The notes below the pieces were generated by a model that searched no databases, was not told the DNA's origin, and saw nothing but the letters and a program-made list of their open reading frames with translations. A stretch of 64,000 nt of DNA, taken from positions 51,732 to 115,731 of the forward strand of contig CACJZA010000002.1 of the NCBI GenBank assembly GCA_902597795.1, written 5' to 3'. This document shows positions 53,049-61,831 of this stretch, piece after piece. Each line of letters opens with the position of its first letter. Position 1 is the stretch's first letter. The DNA comes from an uncultured Alphaproteobacteria bacterium (GTDB lineage Bacteria > Pseudomonadota > Alphaproteobacteria > HIMB59 > GCA-002718135). Position numbers and translations under genes: made by a program.

Positions 53049-54130
53049 TTTGTTTTACCAATATAAATTCCAAGTCCTTCAGCTACTTTAATCAAAGGAT
53101 CATTTTTTTGAACAGTTTTTGAATATCCAGCAACTTGACTAAGCATCAAATCTTGTACTCCTCTGTCTTTCCATACAACTACTCTATTAAATCTTTTCTT
53201 TGCAATTAAATCAACCGCGTAAACCCCAAAGGCACTTGCAATTAAACGATCTCTATGCGTTGGTTGAGCACCTCTTTGAACATGCCCTAGAACTGTAACT
53301 CTTGTTTCAGAGTCTGTTATTTTATAGATTGCATCACCAAGATAATTTCCAATCCCTCCAAGACGCACCTCTCCATCAACATATTTCACTGTAGCTTTTT
53401 TACCGTTTTCTTTTTTTACAGCTTCTGCAACAACGATTAATGCATGATTTCTTCCTTTAGATCTAAGTTTCTCAATATGGTCAGCAATAGATTTTATAGA
53501 ATATTGAATCTCCGGAATCAAAATAACATCTGCTCCTCCAGCTATTCCTGCATTCAAAGCAATGTGACCTGCATCTCTACCCATTACTTCTAAAATCATT
53601 ACTCTTCTGTGGCTAGCAGCTGTTGGTTGAAGCATATCTAATGCATTTGTTGCAACATCAACCGCAGTATCATATCCTATAGAAAGCTCATTATGCTTTA
53701 CATCATTGTCTATAGTCTTTGGAATACCAACAAAATTTATATTACCTTTTTTTGTAATACTTTGGAGAATTTTTAAACTTCCATCTCCACCGATACCTAT
53801 TAGTGCATCTATTTCTAATTTTTTAAAACCTTCTATAACTAAATCAGATGAGTCTATTTTTTTTCCATTCCTTATAATTTTTTTAAAAGGGTTGCCTTTG
53901 TTATTTGATCCCAAAAAAGTTCCGCCCATTCTCATTAAGCTGCCCTCAAAATTTTGAGGATTTAATTTGATAACGTCCAGTGGTTCTTTCAATAGGCCTA
54001 ATGTACCATCTTTAATCCCATACACTTCCCAATTGTACTTATTATGTGCTCTCAAGGTGACAGCTCTAATTACTGCATTTAAACCTGCGCAATCTCCACC
54101 GCTTGTTAAAATTGCTATTTTTTTTACCAC
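53045..54130 (-). CDS. pfkA: 6-phosphofructokinase (PfkA family)
   Basis: TSGGDCAGLNAVIRAV, GIGGDGSLK, GIPKTIDNDV, MGRDAGHIAL, GHVQRG. Confidence 0.87.
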   Translation of the reverse strand: MVKKIAILTSGGDCAGLNAVIRAVTLRAHNKYNWEVYGIKDGTLGLLKEPLDVIKLNPQNFEGSLMRMGGTFLGSNNKGNPFKKIIRNGKKIDSSDLVIEGFKKLEIDALIGIGGDGSLKILQSITKKGNINFVGIPKTIDNDVKHNELSIGYDTAVDVATNALDMLQPTAASHRRVMILEVMGRDAGHIALNAGIAGGADVILIPEIQYSIKSIADHIEKLRSKGRNHALIVVAEAVKKENGKKATVKYVDGEVRLGGIGNYLGDAIYKITDSETRVTVLGHVQRGAQPTHRDRLIASAFGVYAVDLIAKKRFNRVVVWKDRGVQDLMLSQVAGYSKTVQKNDPLIKVAEGLGIYIGKTN

Positions 54131-54174
54131 AGGGTGTTTATATACTATTATTATATTTTTACTTATTTATTTTC

Positions 54175-54375
54175 ATGGATGACATAAACAAACTTATAGA
54201 AATTTTAAAAAATTTTGAACAAGAACACAGAGATCTTGATGAAATACTCATTCGGCTTCAAGAAAAAAATACTGTAGATTTTTTACAAATTCAAAGGTTA
54301 AAAAAAAGAAAATTAATCCTAAAAGATAAAATATTAGAAATTCAAAATAAATTAGAGCCAGATAATATAGCTTAA
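54175..54375 (+). CDS. DUF465 (YdcH-like) small coiled-coil protein
   Basis: From ATG 54175: MDDINKLIEILKNFEQEHRDLDEIL...LQIQRLKKRKLILKDKI, the DUF465 pattern. The track ORF start at 54103 overlaps the pfk start and is probably an artefact. Confidence 0.6.
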   Translation: MDDINKLIEILKNFEQEHRDLDEILIRLQEKNTVDFLQIQRLKKRKLILKDKILEIQNKLEPDNIA

Positions 54376-54989
54376 GCTAAAAAATTTTTTAAAAATTTAG
54401 GAGCATTATCCTTAATAAAAGATATTCTTTCCTTAATTCTTGGAATTTTTGATATTCTCTTAAGATTTTTATCAATATTTTCTTCAACATGCTTCATTTC
54501 TTTTGAAAAATAAACGAACAAGGCATTAGTATATACTCCTGATAAAATCAGTCTTTTTGTATAAAAATTGAAATCTGTTGAATTATCTCCAGCTAAATAC
54601 CACATTGTACTTACTGAATTATATAAACTCTTTTTTGATATTTTGGTATTTGTGGGTAGTAAAAGATGGTTAAAGGTTTTTTTATAAAATTCTTTATCTT
54701 CATTTAATATATCAAATCGTAATAATAATATTTTTTTTATTCTTTTGTTAATTGGAAAATTAATTAAATTAATTTTTTTTAATTTATATTCAAGTTTTTC
54801 ATTAATATTTTGTAAAGCATATTCTAATAAATCTTTATATCCATCAGGGAAAAAATAGAATAAATCATTTTTTTCTATATTTTGTTTTTGTAATTTTGAA
54901 AATATTTCCGATGACCAACCATCAATTGATACGATTTTTTTTGCTTTTTTGAGAATATCTTCTTTTTTTTTATTTTCTATTTTGTTCAT
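54372..54989 (-). CDS. COQ9-like protein (rpsU-divergently-transcribed protein family)
   Basis: 205 aa; GW....F, the D.STD.N.YTKR..L..VY block and its position in a def operon divergent from rpsU match my memory of the TIGR02396/COQ9 family. Confidence 0.58.
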   Translation of the reverse strand: MNKIENKKKEDILKKAKKIVSIDGWSSEIFSKLQKQNIEKNDLFYFFPDGYKDLLEYALQNINEKLEYKLKKINLINFPINKRIKKILLLRFDILNEDKEFYKKTFNHLLLPTNTKISKKSLYNSVSTMWYLAGDNSTDFNFYTKRLILSGVYTNALFVYFSKEMKHVEENIDKNLKRISKIPRIKERISFIKDNAPKFLKNFLA

Positions 54990-55500
54990 TTTTCCAATAT
55001 GTAGTTATTTCTTTTTCAAAACCAAAAGCATTTTTATGTGCTAAGCGTGATGTATACAAAATGCCGTTTAAGTGATCTACCTCATGTTGTACTACCCTTG
55101 CGTGTAAGCCCTCAACTTCATTTTCAATTTCCTTACCATCAAGATCAAATCCAGAATATTTGATTTTTTTAAATCTTCTAACTAAACCCTGCATACCAGG
55201 TATTGATAAACAACCTTCCCAATCATCCTCAGTTTCTTTTCCCATGGGTGTAAAAATAGGATTTATTAATGGTGTTATCTCAATTTTATCTTTCTCTTCA
55301 TTATCAGGATTACGAAATACTATTATTTTCTTTGAAATATGTACTTGGGGTGCAGCTAAACCTATACCGTTATAGTCAAGCATTGTTTCAGACATATCAT
55401 AAACTATTTTTTTTAGAGAATCCGAAGAGAATTCTTTTATCTGAGAACATTCTTTTAGCAAAATTGGATGACCAATTTTTGATATTTTGAGAATAGACAC
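54970..55500 (-). CDS. def: Peptide deformylase
   Basis: GIGLAAPQV, EGCLSIPG, HEVDHLNG. Confidence 0.93.
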   Translation of the reverse strand: MSILKISKIGHPILLKECSQIKEFSSDSLKKIVYDMSETMLDYNGIGLAAPQVHISKKIIVFRNPDNEEKDKIEITPLINPIFTPMGKETEDDWEGCLSIPGMQGLVRRFKKIKYSGFDLDGKEIENEVEGLHARVVQHEVDHLNGILYTSRLAHKNAFGFEKEITTYWKNEQNRK

Positions 55501-55594
55501 ATAATAAATATAAGTATTTTTTCTAATATACCAATAGATTAATTCAATATATCCGTTTGCAAATAATATGAGTTTGTGTTACTAGCCCGTCCAA

Positions 55595-55792
55595 ATGACA
55601 CTTTTTGTAAATGTAAAAGATAATAACGTAGAACAAGCAATCAGAACGCTTAAAAAGAAAATGCAGCGTGAAGGTTTGTATAAAGAAATGAAACTACGTA
55701 AACATTACGAAAAACCTTGTTTGAAACGTGCTCGAGAAAAAGAAGAAAATATTAGAAGAGCTAGGAAGTCTGCAAAAAGAAATAACGATTAA
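55595..55792 (+). CDS. rpsU: 30S ribosomal protein S21
   Basis: [37 protein letters not shown] is the S21 pattern. Confidence 0.93.
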   Translation: MTLFVNVKDNNVEQAIRTLKKKMQREGLYKEMKLRKHYEKPCLKRAREKEENIRRARKSAKRNND

Positions 55793-57183
55793 GCAGAAAG
55801 ACTTTTTACGATATCCTCACACATTTTTTTAGCATCTCCAAATAGCATAGTTGTATTATCTCTATAAAACAACTCATTATCAACACCAGAATAACCAGTT
55901 GCCATTGAACGTTTTACAAATAGAACACTCTGAGATTTTTCTACATCTAAAATAGGCATTCCAAAAATAGGAGATGACTCATCTGTTTTTGCAGCTGGAT
56001 TTGTTACATCATTTGCTCCAATAACAAAAGATACCTCTGTCATAGGAAAATCATGATTAATTTCATCTAGCTCCAAAACTTCTTCATAAGGAACATTAGC
56101 TTCAGCTAGTAAAACATTCATATGACCAGGCATTCTTCCAGCAACTGGATGTATTGCATATCTTACCTCTATTCCTTCTTTTTTTAATATGTCACCCATT
56201 TCTCTTAAAGCATGTTGTGCTTGTGCTACAGCCATTCCATATCCTGGTACAATAATTACAGAGTCTGCGTTTTTCATTATATATGCAGCATCCTCTGCGT
56301 TACCTTGTTTAACAATTTTATCTGAGTTATCCTTACTAGCACTAGTGTCTTGCTCACCACCAAAACCTCCTAAAACAACATTAATAATGGATCTGTTCAT
56401 CCCTTTACTCATTATATAACTTAATATTGCACCAGACGCTCCAACAAGAGCACCAGTTATAATTAAGAGATTATTGCTTAGAGTAAATCCTATGCCACAA
56501 GCTGCCCAACCTGAATAAGAGTTTAACATAGAAACGACAACGGGCATGTCAGCACCACCGATAGGAATTACAACAAGAAATCCTAGTAATATTGAAACAA
56601 TAACTATTGTCCAAAAGATTGTTGGAGATTGATTAATTACAAATAATATAATCAAGAAAATAATTAGGAGGAAAATTAGTGCGTTTATAAGATGCTGGAA
56701 CTTAAATACTATTGGCTTTCCTGAAATTGTACCTTGTAATTTTCCAAAAGCTAAAACTGAACCAGAGAAAGTGATAGCACCAATAAATGTTCCAATACTC
56801 ATTTCAATTAAACTAGCAGTTTTAATAGAACCAACTTTTCCAATACTAAAAGCTACGGGATCATAGAATGCAGCAGCAGCAACAAATACAGCAGCTAAAC
56901 CTACTAAGCTGTGAAAAGCTGCTACCAATTGAGGTAATGCGGTCATCTCAATTCTGAGAGCAATAAATGAACCTATAGCACCGCCAATAAGTATCGCGGC
57001 ACCAATTTCATAATAACTAAGAACTGATTTGAACATCAGTGTTGTAAACACCGCTATAATCATACCAATAATACCAAAAATGTTACCCATTCTTGAAGAT
57101 TCAGGGTGTGATAAACCTCTTAGAGCAAAGATAAATAATAACGCAGAAATTAAATATAATATCGCAACCATGTTAGAAGACAT
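55789..57183 (-). CDS. pntB: NAD(P) transhydrogenase subunit beta
   Basis: N-terminal multi-TM domain and C-terminal dIII domain ([44 protein letters not shown]). Confidence 0.93.
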   Translation of the reverse strand: MSSNMVAILYLISALLFIFALRGLSHPESSRMGNIFGIIGMIIAVFTTLMFKSVLSYYEIGAAILIGGAIGSFIALRIEMTALPQLVAAFHSLVGLAAVFVAAAAFYDPVAFSIGKVGSIKTASLIEMSIGTFIGAITFSGSVLAFGKLQGTISGKPIVFKFQHLINALIFLLIIFLIILFVINQSPTIFWTIVIVSILLGFLVVIPIGGADMPVVVSMLNSYSGWAACGIGFTLSNNLLIITGALVGASGAILSYIMSKGMNRSIINVVLGGFGGEQDTSASKDNSDKIVKQGNAEDAAYIMKNADSVIIVPGYGMAVAQAQHALREMGDILKKEGIEVRYAIHPVAGRMPGHMNVLLAEANVPYEEVLELDEINHDFPMTEVSFVIGANDVTNPAAKTDESSPIFGMPILDVEKSQSVLFVKRSMATGYSGVDNELFYRDNTTMLFGDAKKMCEDIVKSLSA

Positions 57184-57500
57184 TATTCTTTTTCCTTTGT
57201 TTTTTTTGTTTTTTTCTTAAACATCGAAAGCATTCGATAAGTTACGAGGAAGCCTCCAAAAATATTAACTGAAGCTAATACTACGCCAATTAATCCAAAT
57301 ATTTTAGAAGTATCAAAACCTTGAGGGCCAGCTGCAAGTATTGCTCCAACTATAATTACACTTGATATTGCATTTGTCACACCCATCAAAGGACTATGTA
57401 AGGCAGGAGTGACCGACCAAACTACATAATACCCAATAATACAAGCTAAGAAAAATACAGTTAGTCCAATAACAAATACTTCTGAAGAATGCGCTTCCAT
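57183..57500 (-). CDS. NAD(P) transhydrogenase subunit alpha part 2 (membrane)
   Basis: 105 aa with three TM segments; PALHSPLMGVTNAISSVIIVGA motif. TAATG overlap with pntB. Confidence 0.85.
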   Translation of the reverse strand: MEAHSSEVFVIGLTVFFLACIIGYYVVWSVTPALHSPLMGVTNAISSVIIVGAILAAGPQGFDTSKIFGLIGVVLASVNIFGGFLVTYRMLSMFKKKTKKTKEKE

Positions 57501-57501
57501 A

Positions 57502-58623
57502 TTACTTAAATTGCTCCAATCTTACATCCCCGTCATGTGTTAGCAAAACAGAATTAATTATTTCATCGTCAAAATCAAAATTTATCTTTTTATTTTCTTT
57601 ATCAATTAACAAACTTAAAAAGTTAAAAATATTTTTAGCATACAAAGCTGATGCATCTTTTGCAACTCTTCCAGGAACATTGCCATAACCAACAACTTTA
57701 ACTCCATTATGTATTACTATTTCATTCATTTTACTTAAAGGGCAATTACCACCAGCTTCCACAGCTAAATCAATTACTACTGAACCTGGTATCATCGAAG
57801 AAACCATTTCTTCAGTAATTAACACCGGTGCTTTTCTTCCAGGAATAAGAGCAGTGCAAATTACTATATCTTGTTTTGAAACTGTTTCAGCTATCAATTG
57901 AGCTTGTTTTTTCTTATAATCTTCACTCATTTCCTTTGCATAACCACCTGCGGTTTCAGCATTTTGAGCTTCTTCATCTTCTACCATTATGAATTTACCA
58001 CCAAGACTTTCAACTTGTTCCTTAGTTGCTGCTCTTACATCAGTAGCAGACACTACTGCGCCAAGTCTTTTTGCTGTTGCTATTGCTTGTAAACCTGCAA
58101 CACCCACACCAAGTATCATAACTTTTGCTGGATTTACTCGTCCTGCTGCAGTCATCATCATGGGAAAAGCTTTTCCAAATTGCTCTGCTGCATCAATTAC
58201 ACTTCTATATCCCGCTAAGTTAGCTTGTGAAGACAAAACATCCATACTTTGCGCTCTACTTATTCTAGGAATTAATTCCATACAGCATGATGATATTTTG
58301 TTTTTGTTTAAATTAGAAAATTCTGATTTATTTTCATATGGATTCAAAATTCCAATTAGTAACGAATTATTTTTTAAGTTATTTATATCATCAGTACTTG
58401 GCATTCTAACGCATAGACAAACATCAGCTTTTAAACACTCTGATCTAGTAACAATTTTTGCTCCAGCTTCTTCATAATTTGAATTTTGATATCCTGAAGT
58501 TTCTCCAGCTCCATTTTCAATTATAACTTCAAAACCCAGTCTAGAAAAAAGCTTAACTGATTCAGGGGAGATAGAGACTCTTGTCTCATTGTTATCATTT
58601 TCTTTAATAGCAGATAAGAGCAT
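57502..58623 (-). CDS. NAD(P) transhydrogenase subunit alpha part 1 (dI, NAD(H)-binding)
   Basis: E.RV...P......L...G......GAG pattern, LSSQANLAGYR, and the VMILGVGVAGLQAIATAKRLGA Rossmann motif. Confidence 0.9.
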   Translation of the reverse strand: MLLSAIKENDNNETRVSISPESVKLFSRLGFEVIIENGAGETSGYQNSNYEEAGAKIVTRSECLKADVCLCVRMPSTDDINNLKNNSLLIGILNPYENKSEFSNLNKNKISSCCMELIPRISRAQSMDVLSSQANLAGYRSVIDAAEQFGKAFPMMMTAAGRVNPAKVMILGVGVAGLQAIATAKRLGAVVSATDVRAATKEQVESLGGKFIMVEDEEAQNAETAGGYAKEMSEDYKKKQAQLIAETVSKQDIVICTALIPGRKAPVLITEEMVSSMIPGSVVIDLAVEAGGNCPLSKMNEIVIHNGVKVVGYGNVPGRVAKDASALYAKNIFNFLSLLIDKENKKINFDFDDEIINSVLLTHDGDVRLEQFK

Positions 58624-58629
58624 GAGTTC

Positions 58630-59976
58630 TTATATTGATAGGTTTGCTAAATTTAAAGCTTTTTGTTGGTTTTGCATTAATTTTTTTGAATTAAAATCTT
58701 CAATGAGCTCATGGAATATTCTATACCAATTAACTTCAGCTTTTAAATGCATAAAGACTGAACCTAGTCCTACTGCTGCTCTATCCATGAACACGAATTC
58801 TTTTGGAGGTTTGACACCGCCTAGTTTTTTAAGTTCTTGATGAACTTCAGATGCAATTTGAGCTCCGTATATACCACTATCACTTTCTTGTATTTTTTGG
58901 ACTTTATCTTCCATCAAAGGTGAGTATAAAAAACCTGCCCATTTATTTAATACTTTTAATTTCTCTTTGGTTATATCTGTAAATCCCCATTGTTCATAAG
59001 CATGAATTGCCTTTGAATTGTCTTTTTCTTGAAGAGCAAAATATAGGTCAATTACACCTTGAATGAAATTACCATTAAAAATTCTCATACAACCAAAGTC
59101 ATAAATATTAATACTGAGGTCTTTTTTTTGTACAGAATAATTTCCTAAATGTGGGTCTCCGTGAAGCACTCCGTATTCAAAGAATGGTTTATACCAAGCT
59201 TTATACATATTAGCCGCTAATGTATTTCTTGTTTCTTTAGGAGATTTTTTAAAATTCAAAATAGGCTCACCATCTAGCCAACTCATAGTTAGCAATCTCT
59301 TTGTTGATAATTTATCATAGGTTTTTGGAACATGAACAAAACTTATATTTGAAAATATATTTCTAAATACAGCCATTAATTTTTTTTCTCTTTCGTAATC
59401 TAGCTCTTCTTTAAGTCTGTCAGTGATTTCTTTATATACTTCTTCAGTTTTGATCGCTTTATTATAAGACTGATAAATTGAAAAAATCATTTTTAATTGT
59501 GAAAGATCAGCACTAACTGCTGAAGCCATGTCTGGGTATTGGAGTTTGCAGGCTACTATTTCATTATTTTTTATTTTAGCTTTATGAACTTGTCCAAGAG
59601 AAGCTGCTCTTGTAGCTTCTTTATCAAACTCAATAAAATTATTTTGCCAGTCCTGTTTTAATTCTGCAGCCATTCTTCTTTTAACAAACAACCATCCCAT
59701 AGGTGGAGCATTAGATTGTAGATGCATAAGCTCTTGTGCGTACTCATCAGGAAGTAAGTCGGGTATAGTTGCTGATAGTTGTGCCACTTTCATTAATGGC
59801 CCTTTGATACTTCCAAGAGCAGCTCTTATTTCTGATGCATGTTTTTCTTTATCTAACTTAACACCTAAATATCTTTGACTTGCAAGTTTAGTGGCTAATT
59901 TTCCAACAACACCGCCAACTTTGGCATATCTGGTAAGTTGTTTTGTTAGAGACTTTGCTTCTTTATCTTTCATCAA
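58630..59976 (-). CDS. ABC1/UbiB/COQ8-family atypical kinase
   Basis: GPLMKVAQLSATIPDLLPDEYAQEL..LQSNAPPM, ASLGQVHKA, and HGDPHLGN catalytic-loop equivalent. Confidence 0.8.
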   Translation of the reverse strand: MMKDKEAKSLTKQLTRYAKVGGVVGKLATKLASQRYLGVKLDKEKHASEIRAALGSIKGPLMKVAQLSATIPDLLPDEYAQELMHLQSNAPPMGWLFVKRRMAAELKQDWQNNFIEFDKEATRAASLGQVHKAKIKNNEIVACKLQYPDMASAVSADLSQLKMIFSIYQSYNKAIKTEEVYKEITDRLKEELDYEREKKLMAVFRNIFSNISFVHVPKTYDKLSTKRLLTMSWLDGEPILNFKKSPKETRNTLAANMYKAWYKPFFEYGVLHGDPHLGNYSVQKKDLSINIYDFGCMRIFNGNFIQGVIDLYFALQEKDNSKAIHAYEQWGFTDITKEKLKVLNKWAGFLYSPLMEDKVQKIQESDSGIYGAQIASEVHQELKKLGGVKPPKEFVFMDRAAVGLGSVFMHLKAEVNWYRIFHELIEDFNSKKLMQNQQKALNLANLSI

Positions 59977-59978
59977 TT

Positions 59979-61775
59979 TTATTCTTCTAGTTGGTCAATC
60001 AAATTCTCAATAACATTAACTCCCTTTTGCCAGAAATCTTTTTTCTTCGGATTTAATCCAAAAGGCTTCAATAGTTTATCATATGTATCGCTACCACCAC
60101 TCTCTAACAAAGTAATGTATTTGTCTTCAAATTTAGGGAGTTTGCTTTCGTAAACATTAAAAAGAGAATTAACAAGACAATCACCAAAAGCATATGCATA
60201 AACATAAAATGGTGAATGAATAAAATGGGGTATGTAGCTCCAGAAATATTTGTAATCATCATTAAATTTTATTGATGGTCCTAAACTTTTCTTTTGAACA
60301 TCAATCCAAATTTCACAAATCTCATCAACACTTAATTCTTTAATTTTTCTTTGATGGTGAATACGTTTTTCAAATTCAAAAAATGCAATCTGCCTTACAA
60401 CAGTATTTAGCATATCTTCGACTTTGTTTGCTAAAAGCCCCTTACGTTCATTTTCTTTTGTCGTAATAGATAGAAGAGATTTAAAAGTTAACATTTCACC
60501 AAAAACACTTGCTGTTTCAGCAAGAGTTAACGGAGTTGAAGAATTAAAATAAGTTTGTTTTTGTCCAGCTAAATATTGATGGATTCCGTGCCCAAGTTCA
60601 TGAGCAAGCGTAGCTATGTCTCTTGCTTTGCCTTGATAATTAACAAGTATGAATGGATGAACTGATGGAACAGTAGAAGCAGCGAACGCACCAGGGGATT
60701 TTCCTGATTTTACTGGAGCGTGTATCCATGAATTATCAAAAAATTTATTTACAATTTTTCCTGCTCTCTTATCAAAATTTGAATAAGCATTAGTTACAAT
60801 TTGTTTTGCATCTTTCCAGGAATAAATACTTTGTGATTGGAAAGGAAGAGGTGCATTTCTGTCCCAATACATTAAAGATTTCTTTTTTAGCCACTTAGAT
60901 TTTATTTTGTAATAACGATGAGCAATTTTTGGATAATTTTCTATTATTGTTTCACTTAAGGCTTCTACAACTTCATCTTCAACAACATTAGATAAATTTC
61001 TTGAACTGACTGGATTTGGTAATCCTCTCCATTTATCATTGATTGATTTGTCTTTTGCAAGATTATTAGTAATAGATGTAAATAAAGTAATGTTATCTTT
61101 TAAAACAGCAGATACTACCTCAGCTGATTTTTTACGATTTGCTTCTTTTTTATCAGAAAGAAAATTAAAAATTTCAGCACTAGATAAATTTTTCCCTTTG
61201 AAAGGAAATTTAAGTGAAGCAATTGTATCATCAAATAATCTAACCCAAGCTGATCTAGAAGTAATACTTTTTTCTTGAAGTAATTTTTCTGTTTTAACAT
61301 CCAATTGATAAGGTTTGAATTTTCGAATATTTTTTATCCAGTTTTTATAAATCTTTAGTTTTTTATCAGCATAAATTTTTTTTAAATTTTTTTCAGAAAT
61401 TTCATTTATCTCAAGACTAAAGAAGACAATTGAAGAGGCAATATTTGTTATTTGCTCCTGCATTTGTTGATAAAAAATTTTATTCTTTTCATTGTTACCA
61501 TCCTCTGCAACTAATAAATGTGCATAAGACATAATTTTATCTATTTTTGTATCAATATCCTCTAACTCTATGATGGCTTTTAAAAGTTGATTGGAACCAA
61601 TCTTGGTGATTTTGGATGCGTATTTTTTCTCAAATTTCTTTGTCAATATTCTAAGCTTATTTAAATCATTATTGAGCTTCTTCGCTTTTGGCGATTCATA
61701 TAGATCCTTTAAATTCCAAATTGGTAGTTTACCAAGGGTATTTTTTGTTGAATTTTGATAATTTTTTTGTTTCAT
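59979..61775 (-). CDS. pepF: Oligoendopeptidase F (M3B family)
   Basis: HELGHGIH zinc motif with a downstream E (LAETASVFGE); size 598 aa. Confidence 0.87.
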   Translation of the reverse strand: MKQKNYQNSTKNTLGKLPIWNLKDLYESPKAKKLNNDLNKLRILTKKFEKKYASKITKIGSNQLLKAIIELEDIDTKIDKIMSYAHLLVAEDGNNEKNKIFYQQMQEQITNIASSIVFFSLEINEISEKNLKKIYADKKLKIYKNWIKNIRKFKPYQLDVKTEKLLQEKSITSRSAWVRLFDDTIASLKFPFKGKNLSSAEIFNFLSDKKEANRKKSAEVVSAVLKDNITLFTSITNNLAKDKSINDKWRGLPNPVSSRNLSNVVEDEVVEALSETIIENYPKIAHRYYKIKSKWLKKKSLMYWDRNAPLPFQSQSIYSWKDAKQIVTNAYSNFDKRAGKIVNKFFDNSWIHAPVKSGKSPGAFAASTVPSVHPFILVNYQGKARDIATLAHELGHGIHQYLAGQKQTYFNSSTPLTLAETASVFGEMLTFKSLLSITTKENERKGLLANKVEDMLNTVVRQIAFFEFEKRIHHQRKIKELSVDEICEIWIDVQKKSLGPSIKFNDDYKYFWSYIPHFIHSPFYVYAYAFGDCLVNSLFNVYESKLPKFEDKYITLLESGGSDTYDKLLKPFGLNPKKKDFWQKGVNVIENLIDQLEE

Positions 61776-61816
61776 ATTTTACTATTTCGATATAGGTCTA
61801 ATATCAAAGCTTTGTA

Positions 61817-61822
61817 GGGAGG
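61817..61822 (+). promoter_or_regulatory. Shine-Dalgarno-like GGGAGG 9 nt upstream of the acyl-CoA synthetase ATG
   Basis: tagGGAGGAcagacagcATG. This is a rare G-rich hexamer in an otherwise AT-rich spacer, at canonical distance from the start. Confidence 0.45.
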
Positions 61823-61831
61823 ACAGACAGC

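Noticed and set aside
54103-54174. N-terminal extension of the DUF465 ORF overlapping the pfk start
   Set aside because: The hydrophobic extension (LKLLFFLPQGVYILLLYF...) is not part of the DUF465 pattern. The ATG at 54175 gives a 66-aa protein of the typical size and leaves a 44-bp divergent spacer.
55501-55594. Possible structured leader or riboswitch upstream of rpsU (TTTGCAAA palindrome, repeated GTTTG)
   Set aside because: I could not fold a convincing stem-loop or recognise any known riboswitch core. It is most simply a divergent promoter spacer for the def operon and rpsU.
57989-58477. 162-aa ORF on the plus strand, the longest unexplained ORF in the track
   Set aside because: It lies entirely antisense to the well-supported pntAA gene. 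Its Ala/Ser/Thr/Cys/Pro-rich translation has no recognisable motif and is typical of a shadow frame opposite a relatively GC-richer gene.
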